Below are positions 1-9,171 of a stretch of DNA of 64,000 nt, piece by piece. The translations under genes and the position numbers were made by a program. This DNA is from a virus, in IMG/VR virus record IMGVR_UViG_3300005805_000042. One strand, written 5' to 3'. Below the pieces are notes generated by a model. That model saw only the letters and a program-made list of their open reading frames with translations, did not search any database and was not told where the DNA came from. Within the stretch, counting starts at the first letter, position 1; each line of letters begins with the position of its first letter.

Positions 1-2
1 TC

Positions 3-242
3 AAATTGACTTTTGTATATGAGTTCTTACTTAGACTTACATACAATTCTACATCAATTATGACAATTCCAAAACTTGGATACAAACACACCAATATGAG
101 AGAGGGTTCTCTATTTTGGAATTACAAATTCGGTCAAGAAAAAATGTTGGATGAAGAAGTTAAGTTTTGGGTTCAATCGGCAAAAAAAGAGTACTTCTTC
201 AAAGAAGATAGAACAATAAATTTCCAAGCAAGTAATGATTGA
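3..242 (+). CDS. C-terminal part of a gene entering the window, possibly a glycosyltransferase
   Basis: The frame is open from the window edge and its stop overlaps the next ATG. The family guess is weak and rests on the YEFLLR..TIPKLGYKH segment. Confidence 0.45.
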   Translation, partial: KLTFVYEFLLRLTYNSTSIMTIPKLGYKHTNMREGSLFWNYKFGQEKMLDEEVKFWVQSAKKEYFFKEDRTINFQASND

Positions 243-988
243 TGTTAGAAACATTAACGGCAAATACCGAAGATGTTTCATCAAAAAAAAGGGGTAGAAA
301 AGCAACTACTACCAACTATTTTGATGTTCGAGAGGAAGATGCGGTAAAAGCCTTCCTTTTAGAGGAAGACTATGAGGAAAGAAATAAGATTTATAATGAA
401 TTTTTAAAAGACCCTTTGGATAAAATGATTTCATCAATTATCCGAAGGTATAAATTATATCGTAAAGATATGGATTTCAGAGAAATTCATGTGGATACTC
501 ATTCATTTTTAATAACTAAAGTTGATAAGTTTCAACCAGCAAAAAACAAAAAGGCATATTCCTATTTTGGTACCATTTGTAAAAATTATTTGATGGGTCA
601 AATCATCAAAGACCAAAAAGATATGAATCGAAAAGTTTCGTATGAAGATATTTCACTTTCATTGGAACAAAGACCTGATATGATTTATACTATTGATTCC
701 GACCAACTTGATATGGAGGTTGTAATCAAGAAATATTTGAATGATTTAAGAGAATTCATTAATTCAGAATCTTTGTCCGACAACGAAGTTAAATTGGGAT
801 ATGCCTTAATAGACCTATTCGAAAACTACGAAAGTATTTTTTCAAGTACTGACAATAACAAATTCAACAAAAATATTATTCTTCTGTCTCTGAGAGAAAT
901 GACAAATTTATCAACAAAGGAGATAAGAAATTCGATGAAAAAGTTCAAAAAGTTGTATACTGTTCTACAAACAAAGATGAAATATTAA
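239..988 (+). CDS. Phage sigma factor, T4 gp55-like late sigma
   Basis: KVDKFQPAKNKKAYSYFGTICKNYLMGQIIKDQK resembles sigma region 2 of gp55-like proteins (KF.P.K..AFAYFT.I...). Confidence 0.7.
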   Translation: MMLETLTANTEDVSSKKRGRKATTTNYFDVREEDAVKAFLLEEDYEERNKIYNEFLKDPLDKMISSIIRRYKLYRKDMDFREIHVDTHSFLITKVDKFQPAKNKKAYSYFGTICKNYLMGQIIKDQKDMNRKVSYEDISLSLEQRPDMIYTIDSDQLDMEVVIKKYLNDLREFINSESLSDNEVKLGYALIDLFENYESIFSSTDNNKFNKNIILLSLREMTNLSTKEIRNSMKKFKKLYTVLQTKMKY

Positions 989-1034
989 CTTTTCGTTTTT
1001 TTAAGTGATATTATAGTTAATACTATTTATAAGT

Positions 1035-1400
1035 ATGCCAAGACCGCAACGAAAAGAAATTAAATTTTCCAAGGACTCAATTTTGTCTTTGATGCAAGAG
1101 ATTTACAATGAACTTGTAGAACAAAGAAACACTGCCATAAGGATTCAAAACAAAATGATATCTATGATGAAAGACGCCGATGATATGAAAGAAATTGGAA
1201 CTGTGTTAGAAAAACAACAAAAAATTGTTAATGATTGTGTAGAGAAAAAAATTAGTCTATCTCGACTACAAAGCTCGATTTGGGAAAAAACTACCAATCA
1301 AGAAGAGTCTTTCTCACTTTCAGATATGGATGATGATTTATTTGAAAAACTTTTAGAAAAGGATTCCGATGTTTCGGATGAACCAAAATATCGAATGTAA
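1035..1400 (+). CDS. Hypothetical coiled-coil protein, late
   Basis: 121-aa ORF; TATTTATA at 1024-1031. Confidence 0.7.
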   Translation: MPRPQRKEIKFSKDSILSLMQEIYNELVEQRNTAIRIQNKMISMMKDADDMKEIGTVLEKQQKIVNDCVEKKISLSRLQSSIWEKTTNQEESFSLSDMDDDLFEKLLEKDSDVSDEPKYRM

Positions 1401-1405
1401 TATCC

Positions 1406-3562
1406 ATGCCAATATTCAACAATCAATCTATAGACATCTCAAGTGGGTTTGAAAGTATCTCATCAAGGATATCAGCGCTTCAAGCCTACAATGAAGCTCG
1501 TCAAGGTCAAATAGAGAGTGATAAAACTCGAGGAGACAGTTTAGCCCGTTCGTTAGAAATATTGGCAGGACAAAAGTCATCGGTTGAGGCAAATCAGTCA
1601 AGAAATAAAAGAAATCAAGAATCGAGTTTCGATAAATTAATTTCTTTGATTAATCAAAGTACTTCAGGTTCAACATTCTCAAGTACTAATGCACTTATTA
1701 GAAAAGAACTTTTAGGATTGGTTTTTAAAATGAAAGACGAGATAAAAAAAATTATTTCCGAGGAAGCTTTTAAAGTACTCAACTGTGCACAACAAGAAAC
1801 TTATCAAGGATTTCCAACCTCACTTCTTGCTACTGGTTCAACATTTTCACTTTTACCACAACAAGATGGAATTTATGTAAAGGTAAGTGAGGTTGATTTC
1901 AATAGTTCGTTAAAGATAAAACCACAAACTCAAATAGGTAAATTATACTACGAAACCACTGGTATAACATCCTTGGCGGTTTACAATAACTATGCGGGCA
2001 GACAACCTTTTCCAATGAACTTTGAACTCAATCAAAGGATACAGCAACAAAATACTACCTTTCGTGATGAATTTTCAGTTCCTTATAATGGTAGAAGTAG
2101 ACAAGGTGTTTTTGATATTGAGTACACCACTCAAGATAGTTTTGGTGCAACAGGTGACTATTTTCGAGTTTTTTTGTTAGATAGAGAAGGTACAACCCCA
2201 CCCCCCACAGGAGGCACCGTTAGTCAGTTACTATATTCTGCAAATACAATTGCAGATTCGTTGGGTGATTATTACCAATCAATTGAAATATACAACTCCA
2301 AAATATTTTTGGGTAATTTATTAAATTTGGTTTCGGGTACTCTTTCACAATCCCTTTCAATTCAACAAATTGAAAATCAAAATAGATTTGTGACGATTCT
2401 CAATAGAATTATAGGTCGTTGTGAACCAGGTCAAAGTGAAATTGATGTTTCAGGTGTTGCTAAACTTTCGGAGTTGGACTTAGATGATGATGAATTTTTC
2501 ACATTTACAGAAACAGAATTAAACGATATTAATACAGAATCAGTAAATCAAAAACAAGGGGTAATTGAATTTATAGATTGTGATACGGTAAAACTCCCAA
2601 TAAATAATAGTATTTTACTTCAAGAGGCACAAAATCTTGCAGATAACATAGACAACCTTAGTGTCGAACAACAGGTTGTTGAGATTGATAGAATTTTAGA
2701 TTCAATAACCCAAGAGTTTTCACAAACTGGTTTTGGTGGTGTTTCGTTCAATGCTACCAACCCGTTTAACGAAAGTCTGTTAAAAAAAATTCTGTTGGCT
2801 TTATTATCATCACTTTTCACTCCTAAGGTCTTACTACCAATTTTTGTTTTCAAACAATATCTTAACAACCAAGTTGTAGGATTTGCAAACACACTTATTA
2901 CATCCGCCAACACGATAATCACCTCAGCAAATACCTTAATTAATTCCGCAAACACAATTAATAATATAATTGCCACCCAAATTAATAATGGTGTCGATTT
3001 TGCTCGCCAATACAAAAAGTTTATATTCAATGTTGTGGGGAGAATCGTAAATAGATTTTTGGAACTTCTTTTCAATATGTTAAAAAAGAATCTGTTAAAA
3101 CTTTTAAGAGAGATTTTAAGGGATATTGCTAGAACAAGCAAGAATGCAAAACTTAAAGCTATTAATGCAATATTGGACTATGCCCAACCCCTAATACAAG
3201 GGTTTTTAAACTATAGAGAATGTAAGTCTTTAATACAACAAATTCAAAGAATCATTTCCCTACTTAGAGGTACACCAAGAACTCCACCATCAGGGGTTAA
3301 TTTGGCACTTTTAGCTTTGTCAGATTTTCTTCCAGGTATAAGTCCCGAAAGGGGTGTCTTGAATTCCATTGAATATATGGAGGCGTACGGACTTAAAGTA
3401 GGCCCGTTACCTGATGGTTCACCAAACAGAATAATAAGATTTACAACGGCAATACAAAAAGGTGGTTACGACGAATTTATTCAAAATGGGAAAATAAACG
3501 GTGGTGTGATTGTACCACCAGTAACTGGCGGTATTGTTAAAATATTTGGTAAAGCATTTTGA
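1406..3562 (+). CDS. Large hypothetical protein, probable virion/baseplate component
   Basis: 718-aa ORF in the operon with the gp5-like gene; internal ANT(L/I)I(T/N)S heptad repeats. Confidence 0.7.
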   Translation: MPIFNNQSIDISSGFESISSRISALQAYNEARQGQIESDKTRGDSLARSLEILAGQKSSVEANQSRNKRNQESSFDKLISLINQSTSGSTFSSTNALIRKELLGLVFKMKDEIKKIISEEAFKVLNCAQQETYQGFPTSLLATGSTFSLLPQQDGIYVKVSEVDFNSSLKIKPQTQIGKLYYETTGITSLAVYNNYAGRQPFPMNFELNQRIQQQNTTFRDEFSVPYNGRSRQGVFDIEYTTQDSFGATGDYFRVFLLDREGTTPPPTGGTVSQLLYSANTIADSLGDYYQSIEIYNSKIFLGNLLNLVSGTLSQSLSIQQIENQNRFVTILNRIIGRCEPGQSEIDVSGVAKLSELDLDDDEFFTFTETELNDINTESVNQKQGVIEFIDCDTVKLPINNSILLQEAQNLADNIDNLSVEQQVVEIDRILDSITQEFSQTGFGGVSFNATNPFNESLLKKILLALLSSLFTPKVLLPIFVFKQYLNNQVVGFANTLITSANTIITSANTLINSANTINNIIATQINNGVDFARQYKKFIFNVVGRIVNRFLELLFNMLKKNLLKLLREILRDIARTSKNAKLKAINAILDYAQPLIQGFLNYRECKSLIQQIQRIISLLRGTPRTPPSGVNLALLALSDFLPGISPERGVLNSIEYMEAYGLKVGPLPDGSPNRIIRFTTAIQKGGYDEFIQNGKINGGVIVPPVTGGIVKIFGKAF

Positions 3563-3563
3563 T

Positions 3564-3773
3564 ATGACACAAGAAGAATTTAAAATATTAGTGGAGGTTG
3601 CAAAAGACGCAAAGAATGTTCCCAATATGAGGTTAGAACAGACTATGGACCAATTATCAAAGGAATTTGAAACAACAAAACAGAGTATTTTGGGGTTAAG
3701 TTTTTATTTGGACAAAATTGAGGAACTGTATAACACAATGTTAAAAGAGTACCAAGAAAGAAATGGCGAGTAG
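3564..3773 (+). CDS. Small hypothetical protein
   Basis: ATG 1 nt after the upstream stop; stop overlaps the next gene. Confidence 0.6.
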   Translation: MTQEEFKILVEVAKDAKNVPNMRLEQTMDQLSKEFETTKQSILGLSFYLDKIEELYNTMLKEYQERNGE

Positions 3774-5262
3774 AATTTGGTTTTATGCCGTAGTAATTGA
3801 TAACCAAGACCCCCTTAACTTGGGTAGAGTCCGAGCAAATCTGCTTACTGATGATGTCAGTGCTATCAAAAAAAGTTATGATGGTTTTGGTCCTCAAGAC
3901 TATTGGACAGCAAAAGACCCTTTTGTATTTAATTCACTCTTACCACTTTATGTTTGGACCGTACCGAAAGTTGATGAGTTAATTCAAATTTATTATCACG
4001 AGCCAGAAACAACTCAGTTTCTCAACGCATACTACATCCAAGGACCTTTCAACAGGATACAGAATATAGTACAAGAAAACTTTAATGAATCTCAAAAGTA
4101 CACCGATATCTCAGGGGTTCAAATCATTGGAGCTCAGAATTTAAGAAATCCTGATGGCACCTACAAAAATCCTGACCCTGATGGGGTATTTCCTGACCCA
4201 GGTGATGTAGCCGTATTAGGTAGAGGAAGTACCGATATTATTTTTAAAGAACATACAACCCTTATAAGGGCTGGAAAATATTCAGGTGAGTTAGTATCAA
4301 ACCGAGACCCCAAAGGAAACAAGAACAGAGCATTTATTCAACTGAGCAAATTTCAGAACAAAACATCAATTGGGGATACTGTAAGACAAGCCGACATTGG
4401 TATTCAAAACTTACAGGTAAATTACCTTATAGAGTACGATATCAACAACCCTGAGAATACATTTAACCTTTTCAACGGAACAATCCGTCTTTATAGACTC
4501 ACACCCAACACAGCAACCACATCTCAGAATCTAAAGGTAGATTCCGATGTTGAACAATATAAGTTTATCAAAGCTTCTCAGAGTTTTAGTTTTTTAAATT
4601 TAGACAACACCATTAAATTTATTAATCAATTCATTAGTGATTGTAACAGTAAATTAAAAACCGAAACAGGTGTTGTATTGTTCAATGTATTGGATGAGAA
4701 ATTCCCGATGTATTTTAGACCATCAATAAATTTCTACAACCAAATGAAAACCACATCACAGAATGTGATTAGACAAAACCTTACAACAATATTTTCAAAG
4801 GTTAAACTCATCCCCACCGATAAAGTGGGGGGTTATGGTTTGATATTTCAACAAGGAAGAGTCGGAGACCCGATTAAAATTACACCCAAGAGTTTCAGAA
4901 AAATCGAAACAAATGCGTTACCTGAAACTTATGGTTCATTTGGTGCCCAACATGTTTACCTCCTTTCCCAACTTTCTCAAATACCGGGAAAAGGAAAAAT
5001 TAATTTTGACAATAGTCTCTACGGAATCGACGAACAAAAATTTTCATTAGAAATTGAACCTAACACCTCAAGTATGGTAAGGGGTGAAGAACTACTTCAA
5101 CTACTTAATGTAATTGTAAGGTTCTTAGTTTCACACACCCACGGATTTCCTGGTGAACCCCCAATTTCAATTACCGAGGACGGTTCAACTGTTGACAACC
5201 TTATCAGAGAACTCAATGACGCATATAATAAAGTATTGAATCAATATATTCGTTTGAATTGA
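3763..5262 (+). CDS. Baseplate hub/spike protein with a gp5/VgrG-like N-terminal OB fold
   Basis: N-terminal AVVIDNQDPLNLGRVRA motif; C-terminal HTH.FPG..P spike-tip-like motif. Confidence 0.7.
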   Translation: MASRIWFYAVVIDNQDPLNLGRVRANLLTDDVSAIKKSYDGFGPQDYWTAKDPFVFNSLLPLYVWTVPKVDELIQIYYHEPETTQFLNAYYIQGPFNRIQNIVQENFNESQKYTDISGVQIIGAQNLRNPDGTYKNPDPDGVFPDPGDVAVLGRGSTDIIFKEHTTLIRAGKYSGELVSNRDPKGNKNRAFIQLSKFQNKTSIGDTVRQADIGIQNLQVNYLIEYDINNPENTFNLFNGTIRLYRLTPNTATTSQNLKVDSDVEQYKFIKASQSFSFLNLDNTIKFINQFISDCNSKLKTETGVVLFNVLDEKFPMYFRPSINFYNQMKTTSQNVIRQNLTTIFSKVKLIPTDKVGGYGLIFQQGRVGDPIKITPKSFRKIETNALPETYGSFGAQHVYLLSQLSQIPGKGKINFDNSLYGIDEQKFSLEIEPNTSSMVRGEELLQLLNVIVRFLVSHTHGFPGEPPISITEDGSTVDNLIRELNDAYNKVLNQYIRLN

Positions 5263-5283
5263 TATTTATAAAGAAAAAGTATA

Positions 5284-6798
5284 ATGTCAATTTATCGGTC
5301 GTATTTCAATAGAAATAATACTTTATTATCGAATCTCTACACCAACACCGCGAGAAACCCCGTGGTACAACTCAATTTTGGTAGTAGTGACCTTGTTGTA
5401 CCCAATTTTGGATTCACCCGTTTTATATTTGATTTGGACTTAGAGGGTCTAGAGGAAATGATTGCCGATAAGGTTATCTCCACAGGTTGTACCACAGGGA
5501 TGACACACACACTTATGATGACAAACACATCATCATTTGACGATGAACTCCTTAACACCAACATGACTGACGGAAGAAAAAGAGCAACATCATTTGATTT
5601 AATACTCTTTAGAATACCAAAATTCTCAGGAACCACAGGTTCACCACAAATATGGGATGAAGGTGTTGGATACGACTATAATGATTTTGGGACAACCCAA
5701 AATGGTCTTGCAGGGATGCAATCATCATTGGAACAACTTAACAATAAAAGTTTTTCTTTAAGACCATCAAACTGGTACCAAACAACTACCGTAACAAATT
5801 GGTCTGAACCGGGAATCTACAACAATACAAACTCCCTTACAGGACTTACAGGTCTTAACTACTCATCAATTACAATTGTAGATGAACAAAGATTTGAATT
5901 GGGTAACGAAGATATCCAATTTGATATGACCAATGAAATCAACGGAATCTTAAACGGGTCAATAACAGGAGTTACAGGATGGGGTATCGCCTATAAACCC
6001 GATATCGAAAACATCACAGGTCTAACAGAATCATATTCTGTTGGATTTTTTGGAAAATATACACAGACATTCTATCAACCATATCTTCTTACCGATTACG
6101 ATGATTTGATTAAAGACGACAGAAACCTGTTCCTTAAAAACCAAACAAACAGACTCTACCTTTATGTTTACCAAAATGGTGATTTTGCCAATTTAGATAA
6201 TCTACCGGGTGTAAACATAGAAAACCAAAATGGGGACATCGTGCAGGGGGGGTCAGGGCTTACAACTTGTCAGGTCACAAAAGGTGTGTATGAGGTTACT
6301 GTTCCAAATATTTTTACCAATCAACCTGTACCATGTTTGTTTTATGATATATGGACAGGTCTTACAATCAACGGACAATCCTTACCTAATGTAACAAACC
6401 AATTTGTTCTTCAAGCCTACAGTGCGGGAATTCAAATAGGTAGTAACTCCCAAGAACCGAGTAAATACGGATTCAGTTTCTACGGTATTTTACAAAATGA
6501 AAAAGTACTCAATACAGAAATTAGAAAGATTGGAGTTGTTGCTAAGAAACAATGGACTTCCCAACATCAGTTGGAAAACATTGACATTTACTATAGAGTT
6601 TATGTGAGAGAGGGAACTACTGAAGTTCAGGTACAAAATTGGACCCCTGTAAATCGTACTCCTAATGAATATTATTTCATCTTTGATATGAAAGACAAGA
6701 TTCCGAATGAATATTTTGTTGACATCCGAGTGAATACTAGTGGTGAAAAAGATATTTATAAAGACACAATTCAATTCCAAATTGTTAACAAAAAATGA
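5284..6798 (+). CDS. Probable virion structural protein (baseplate region)
   Basis: 504 aa, beta-rich and T/N/G-rich; TATTTATA at 5263-5270. Confidence 0.65.
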   Translation: MSIYRSYFNRNNTLLSNLYTNTARNPVVQLNFGSSDLVVPNFGFTRFIFDLDLEGLEEMIADKVISTGCTTGMTHTLMMTNTSSFDDELLNTNMTDGRKRATSFDLILFRIPKFSGTTGSPQIWDEGVGYDYNDFGTTQNGLAGMQSSLEQLNNKSFSLRPSNWYQTTTVTNWSEPGIYNNTNSLTGLTGLNYSSITIVDEQRFELGNEDIQFDMTNEINGILNGSITGVTGWGIAYKPDIENITGLTESYSVGFFGKYTQTFYQPYLLTDYDDLIKDDRNLFLKNQTNRLYLYVYQNGDFANLDNLPGVNIENQNGDIVQGGSGLTTCQVTKGVYEVTVPNIFTNQPVPCLFYDIWTGLTINGQSLPNVTNQFVLQAYSAGIQIGSNSQEPSKYGFSFYGILQNEKVLNTEIRKIGVVAKKQWTSQHQLENIDIYYRVYVREGTTEVQVQNWTPVNRTPNEYYFIFDMKDKIPNEYFVDIRVNTSGEKDIYKDTIQFQIVNKK

Positions 6799-7274
6799 GA
6801 AAAGTTATCAGACTAACCGAAACAGATATTAAAAATATAGTTCTAAGAGCTTTAAAAGAGGCGGAACATGAACATAACCGTTACATGTTTTTTAGTAACT
6901 TAGAACAACTAAAAAGACAGGCTGAGAGGTTATTAGAACTTGACTCAGACGAAATTCATTCTATTTTGGAGGATGGACACGATTGGGCAGATGACCATAT
7001 CACCGTTGCTAAAGAAAATCTTGACCAAGTATTTGATTTCATGATGAATGAAATTCACGGGGAAGGGGACGAAGACATGATGATTGATGATATTGCTGTT
7101 ATGGAAGGTAGGAAAAAAACGGGTACAAAATTATGTGCACGTGGTAAAGCAGCGGCTAAAGCTAAGTACGATGTCTACCCCTCAGCTTATGCAAATGGTT
7201 ACGCAGTACAAGTCTGTAAAGGAAAACAACCTGGTCTTGACGGTAAGAAAAGATGTTCAGGAGCCTATTGTTAA
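6795..7274 (+). CDS. Hypothetical late protein with a KVIRLTE leader and a Cys/Lys-rich C-terminus
   Basis: MRKVIRLTETDIKNIV leader shared with 27157, 28094 and 28398. Confidence 0.75.
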   Translation: MRKVIRLTETDIKNIVLRALKEAEHEHNRYMFFSNLEQLKRQAERLLELDSDEIHSILEDGHDWADDHITVAKENLDQVFDFMMNEIHGEGDEDMMIDDIAVMEGRKKTGTKLCARGKAAAKAKYDVYPSAYANGYAVQVCKGKQPGLDGKKRCSGAYC

Positions 7275-7310
7275 TTTGAAAAGTTTTATTTACCTTTGTT
7301 GTCAAATACA

Positions 7311-7718
7311 ATGGTAATGAAAAATCTTAACCACACATTTCGTCGTTTTATTCAAAAACAGGCTTTGAAGTTATTTCGGTATCTGAATACTGAACAAGAA
7401 AGGTCAATCTATGAACGGGATTGTATTGCCGTTTGTAAAAAGTTTATTTATGAACCCGATTCAATAATGTTATTGACTCCGATTACTGGTAAAAGATACA
7501 TTAGAAGTGAAAACAATCAAATTTTTATTATTTTAGAATCACATCGTGTAAAAATTATCAACCATGTATATGCTTATGATGTCCTTATGAATGACAGGTC
7601 ATGGAATCAATTAATCAAACTTTTTGATAACGAAGTCGAAAAACGAAGGGAAGACTTCGAAAAACAAATCACGAAAAATATTAAAACTTCACTCCAAAAA
7701 ATTATTGCCGAAAAATGA
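7311..7718 (+). CDS. Hypothetical protein
   Basis: Start moved to ATG 7311 because a TACCTTTG promoter lies at 7291-7298. Confidence 0.7.
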   Translation: MVMKNLNHTFRRFIQKQALKLFRYLNTEQERSIYERDCIAVCKKFIYEPDSIMLLTPITGKRYIRSENNQIFIILESHRVKIINHVYAYDVLMNDRSWNQLIKLFDNEVEKRREDFEKQITKNIKTSLQKIIAEK

Positions 7719-8083
7719 AACATCCATTTCACACCCTATACTATACAGGTCTCTCCGTTCTAATTTCACTATTAATTTTTGGTGGATTATTAATTTATAA
7801 TCTTTCAAATATTGTACACCTTATACCAAAAGAAAAAATATCTAAAAAACATTCTGATTTAGTAATGAACCCTGTTGTGTTAGAAACATCAATACCTAAA
7901 CCATTTGTTGAGTTGAATAATTCCAAAGTAGGAAAAAAAGGGATTACTAATGCTGAAATAATAAAATCAAATACTGAGGATACTAATAATACTCACAATA
8001 ACATGAATAGTGAAACATCGAATACATTAAACAACCAAGATACAAGTCAAGGTACTAAAGATACTATCTCAGAGATTCCTTAA
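7715..8083 (+). CDS. Hypothetical protein with an N-terminal TM helix
   Basis: Hydrophobic LSVLISLLIFGGLLIY; ATGA overlap with the upstream gene. Confidence 0.6.
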   Translation: MKHPFHTLYYTGLSVLISLLIFGGLLIYNLSNIVHLIPKEKISKKHSDLVMNPVVLETSIPKPFVELNNSKVGKKGITNAEIIKSNTEDTNNTHNNMNSETSNTLNNQDTSQGTKDTISEIP

Positions 8084-8687
8084 GAACTTTTTGAATTAAG
8101 TCTCTCAATCCCTCATTTTTTTTCTTTGGGTTGTAAGAGGTCATAGTTGGTTTGTTTCCCTTACCAACTTTAGGGTCCTTTTTTTCTGCGGCTCTTTTTT
8201 GTGCACATGCAGCTTTCTTTTGTGCATCAGTCATCTTGGAAGCAACTCCCGCAGCTCGACATTTGGGATAACCCTTTGATTCACCCTCAGGTCTTCCACA
8301 AGGAGGATGTCCACCCCCTTCTTTTTTTCTACAAATATTAACCCAAGGACCTGAAGGTTGTTTACTTCCTTTAGGTTTTTTTTTGGTACCAAACCAAACT
8401 GCTAAATCCTCTTTCAAAATATCTTCTTTAAAAATTTTCTTTCTCATTTTTTCAACTTTTTTAACATTTGATTTAGTTTGTTTTTCATCTTTGGCAATTT
8501 CTTGTTTTGTTTTTTTTATCTCACCATCATACGAATCAAAGGCGGTTCCATTATTGATATAACCCGAAACTTTTTCGGTGTAAGGTATGAGTTGTTCATT
8601 CTTCCAAACCCGTGGTGTGATATTTAATTTGCCCTTAAACACACCATCACTTGATGAGGTGGTACTCTCGTTGATTTTTTCTTCCAT
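8064..8687 (-). CDS. Hypothetical late basic protein with a Cys-containing domain
   Basis: 207 aa; EDLAVWF..WVNICR..PCGR..YPKCR motif; minus-strand TATTTAT at 8702-8708. Confidence 0.75.
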   Translation of the reverse strand: MEEKINESTTSSSDGVFKGKLNITPRVWKNEQLIPYTEKVSGYINNGTAFDSYDGEIKKTKQEIAKDEKQTKSNVKKVEKMRKKIFKEDILKEDLAVWFGTKKKPKGSKQPSGPWVNICRKKEGGGHPPCGRPEGESKGYPKCRAAGVASKMTDAQKKAACAQKRAAEKKDPKVGKGNKPTMTSYNPKKKNEGLRDLIQKVLKESLR

Positions 8688-8719
8688 AACCCTATATTTT
8701 AATAAATATTTACATTTTT

Positions 8720-8956
8720 ATGCAAGACTTAAATTCTTTCCCTTTATTCGATAGAATTCAAATTCAAAATTCAGAAGATTTTGATAATTTAATAGACACT
8801 CTGACAAAGGAACAGGGAGATTATATTATTAAAATTGCTCTTGAGAAGGCGTTCAATTCAGGTATCTATAGTTTAAGCGAAAGTGAAATACTTTCAAAAT
8901 CTCTCAGATTAAAAAATAAAAATACTGAAACAATTTCAGAAAATGACACTGAATGA
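8720..8956 (+). CDS. Hypothetical protein
   Basis: 78-aa ORF divergent from 8064. Confidence 0.6.
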   Translation: MQDLNSFPLFDRIQIQNSEDFDNLIDTLTKEQGDYIIKIALEKAFNSGIYSLSESEILSKSLRLKNKNTETISENDTE

Positions 8957-9128
8957 GATAAGTAAAAGAATAATAGATGGGGAATACATTTTAACCGAAG
9001 TTGTCAGAAATGGACACAAACCTTTTTTTGGTGATGAATATGAAAAAATAAGAACTGAAGTTGGTGTATTAAGGTGTCTATATTTTGGTGAAGATTCACC
9101 ATATTGTAATTCAAGATATAAAAAATAA
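8943..9128 (+). CDS. Hypothetical protein
   Basis: 61-aa ORF followed by a terminator. Confidence 0.5.
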   Translation: MTLNEISKRIIDGEYILTEVVRNGHKPFFGDEYEKIRTEVGVLRCLYFGEDSPYCNSRYKK

Positions 9129-9158
9129 AAAAAGGGGACCGAAGTCCCCTTTCCTTTT
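9127..9158. terminator. Bidirectional intrinsic terminator
   Basis: GGGGAC-CGAA-GTCCCC flanked by A and T runs, between converging genes. Confidence 0.8.
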
Positions 9159-9171
9159 GTATATTGAGATA

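Noticed and set aside
1024-1031. Reading the TATAAATA occurrences as T4-orientation late promoters
   Set aside because: Where checked, TATAAATA on + lies just beyond the starts of minus-strand genes and TATTTATA precedes plus-strand genes, so the sense motif is TATTTAT.
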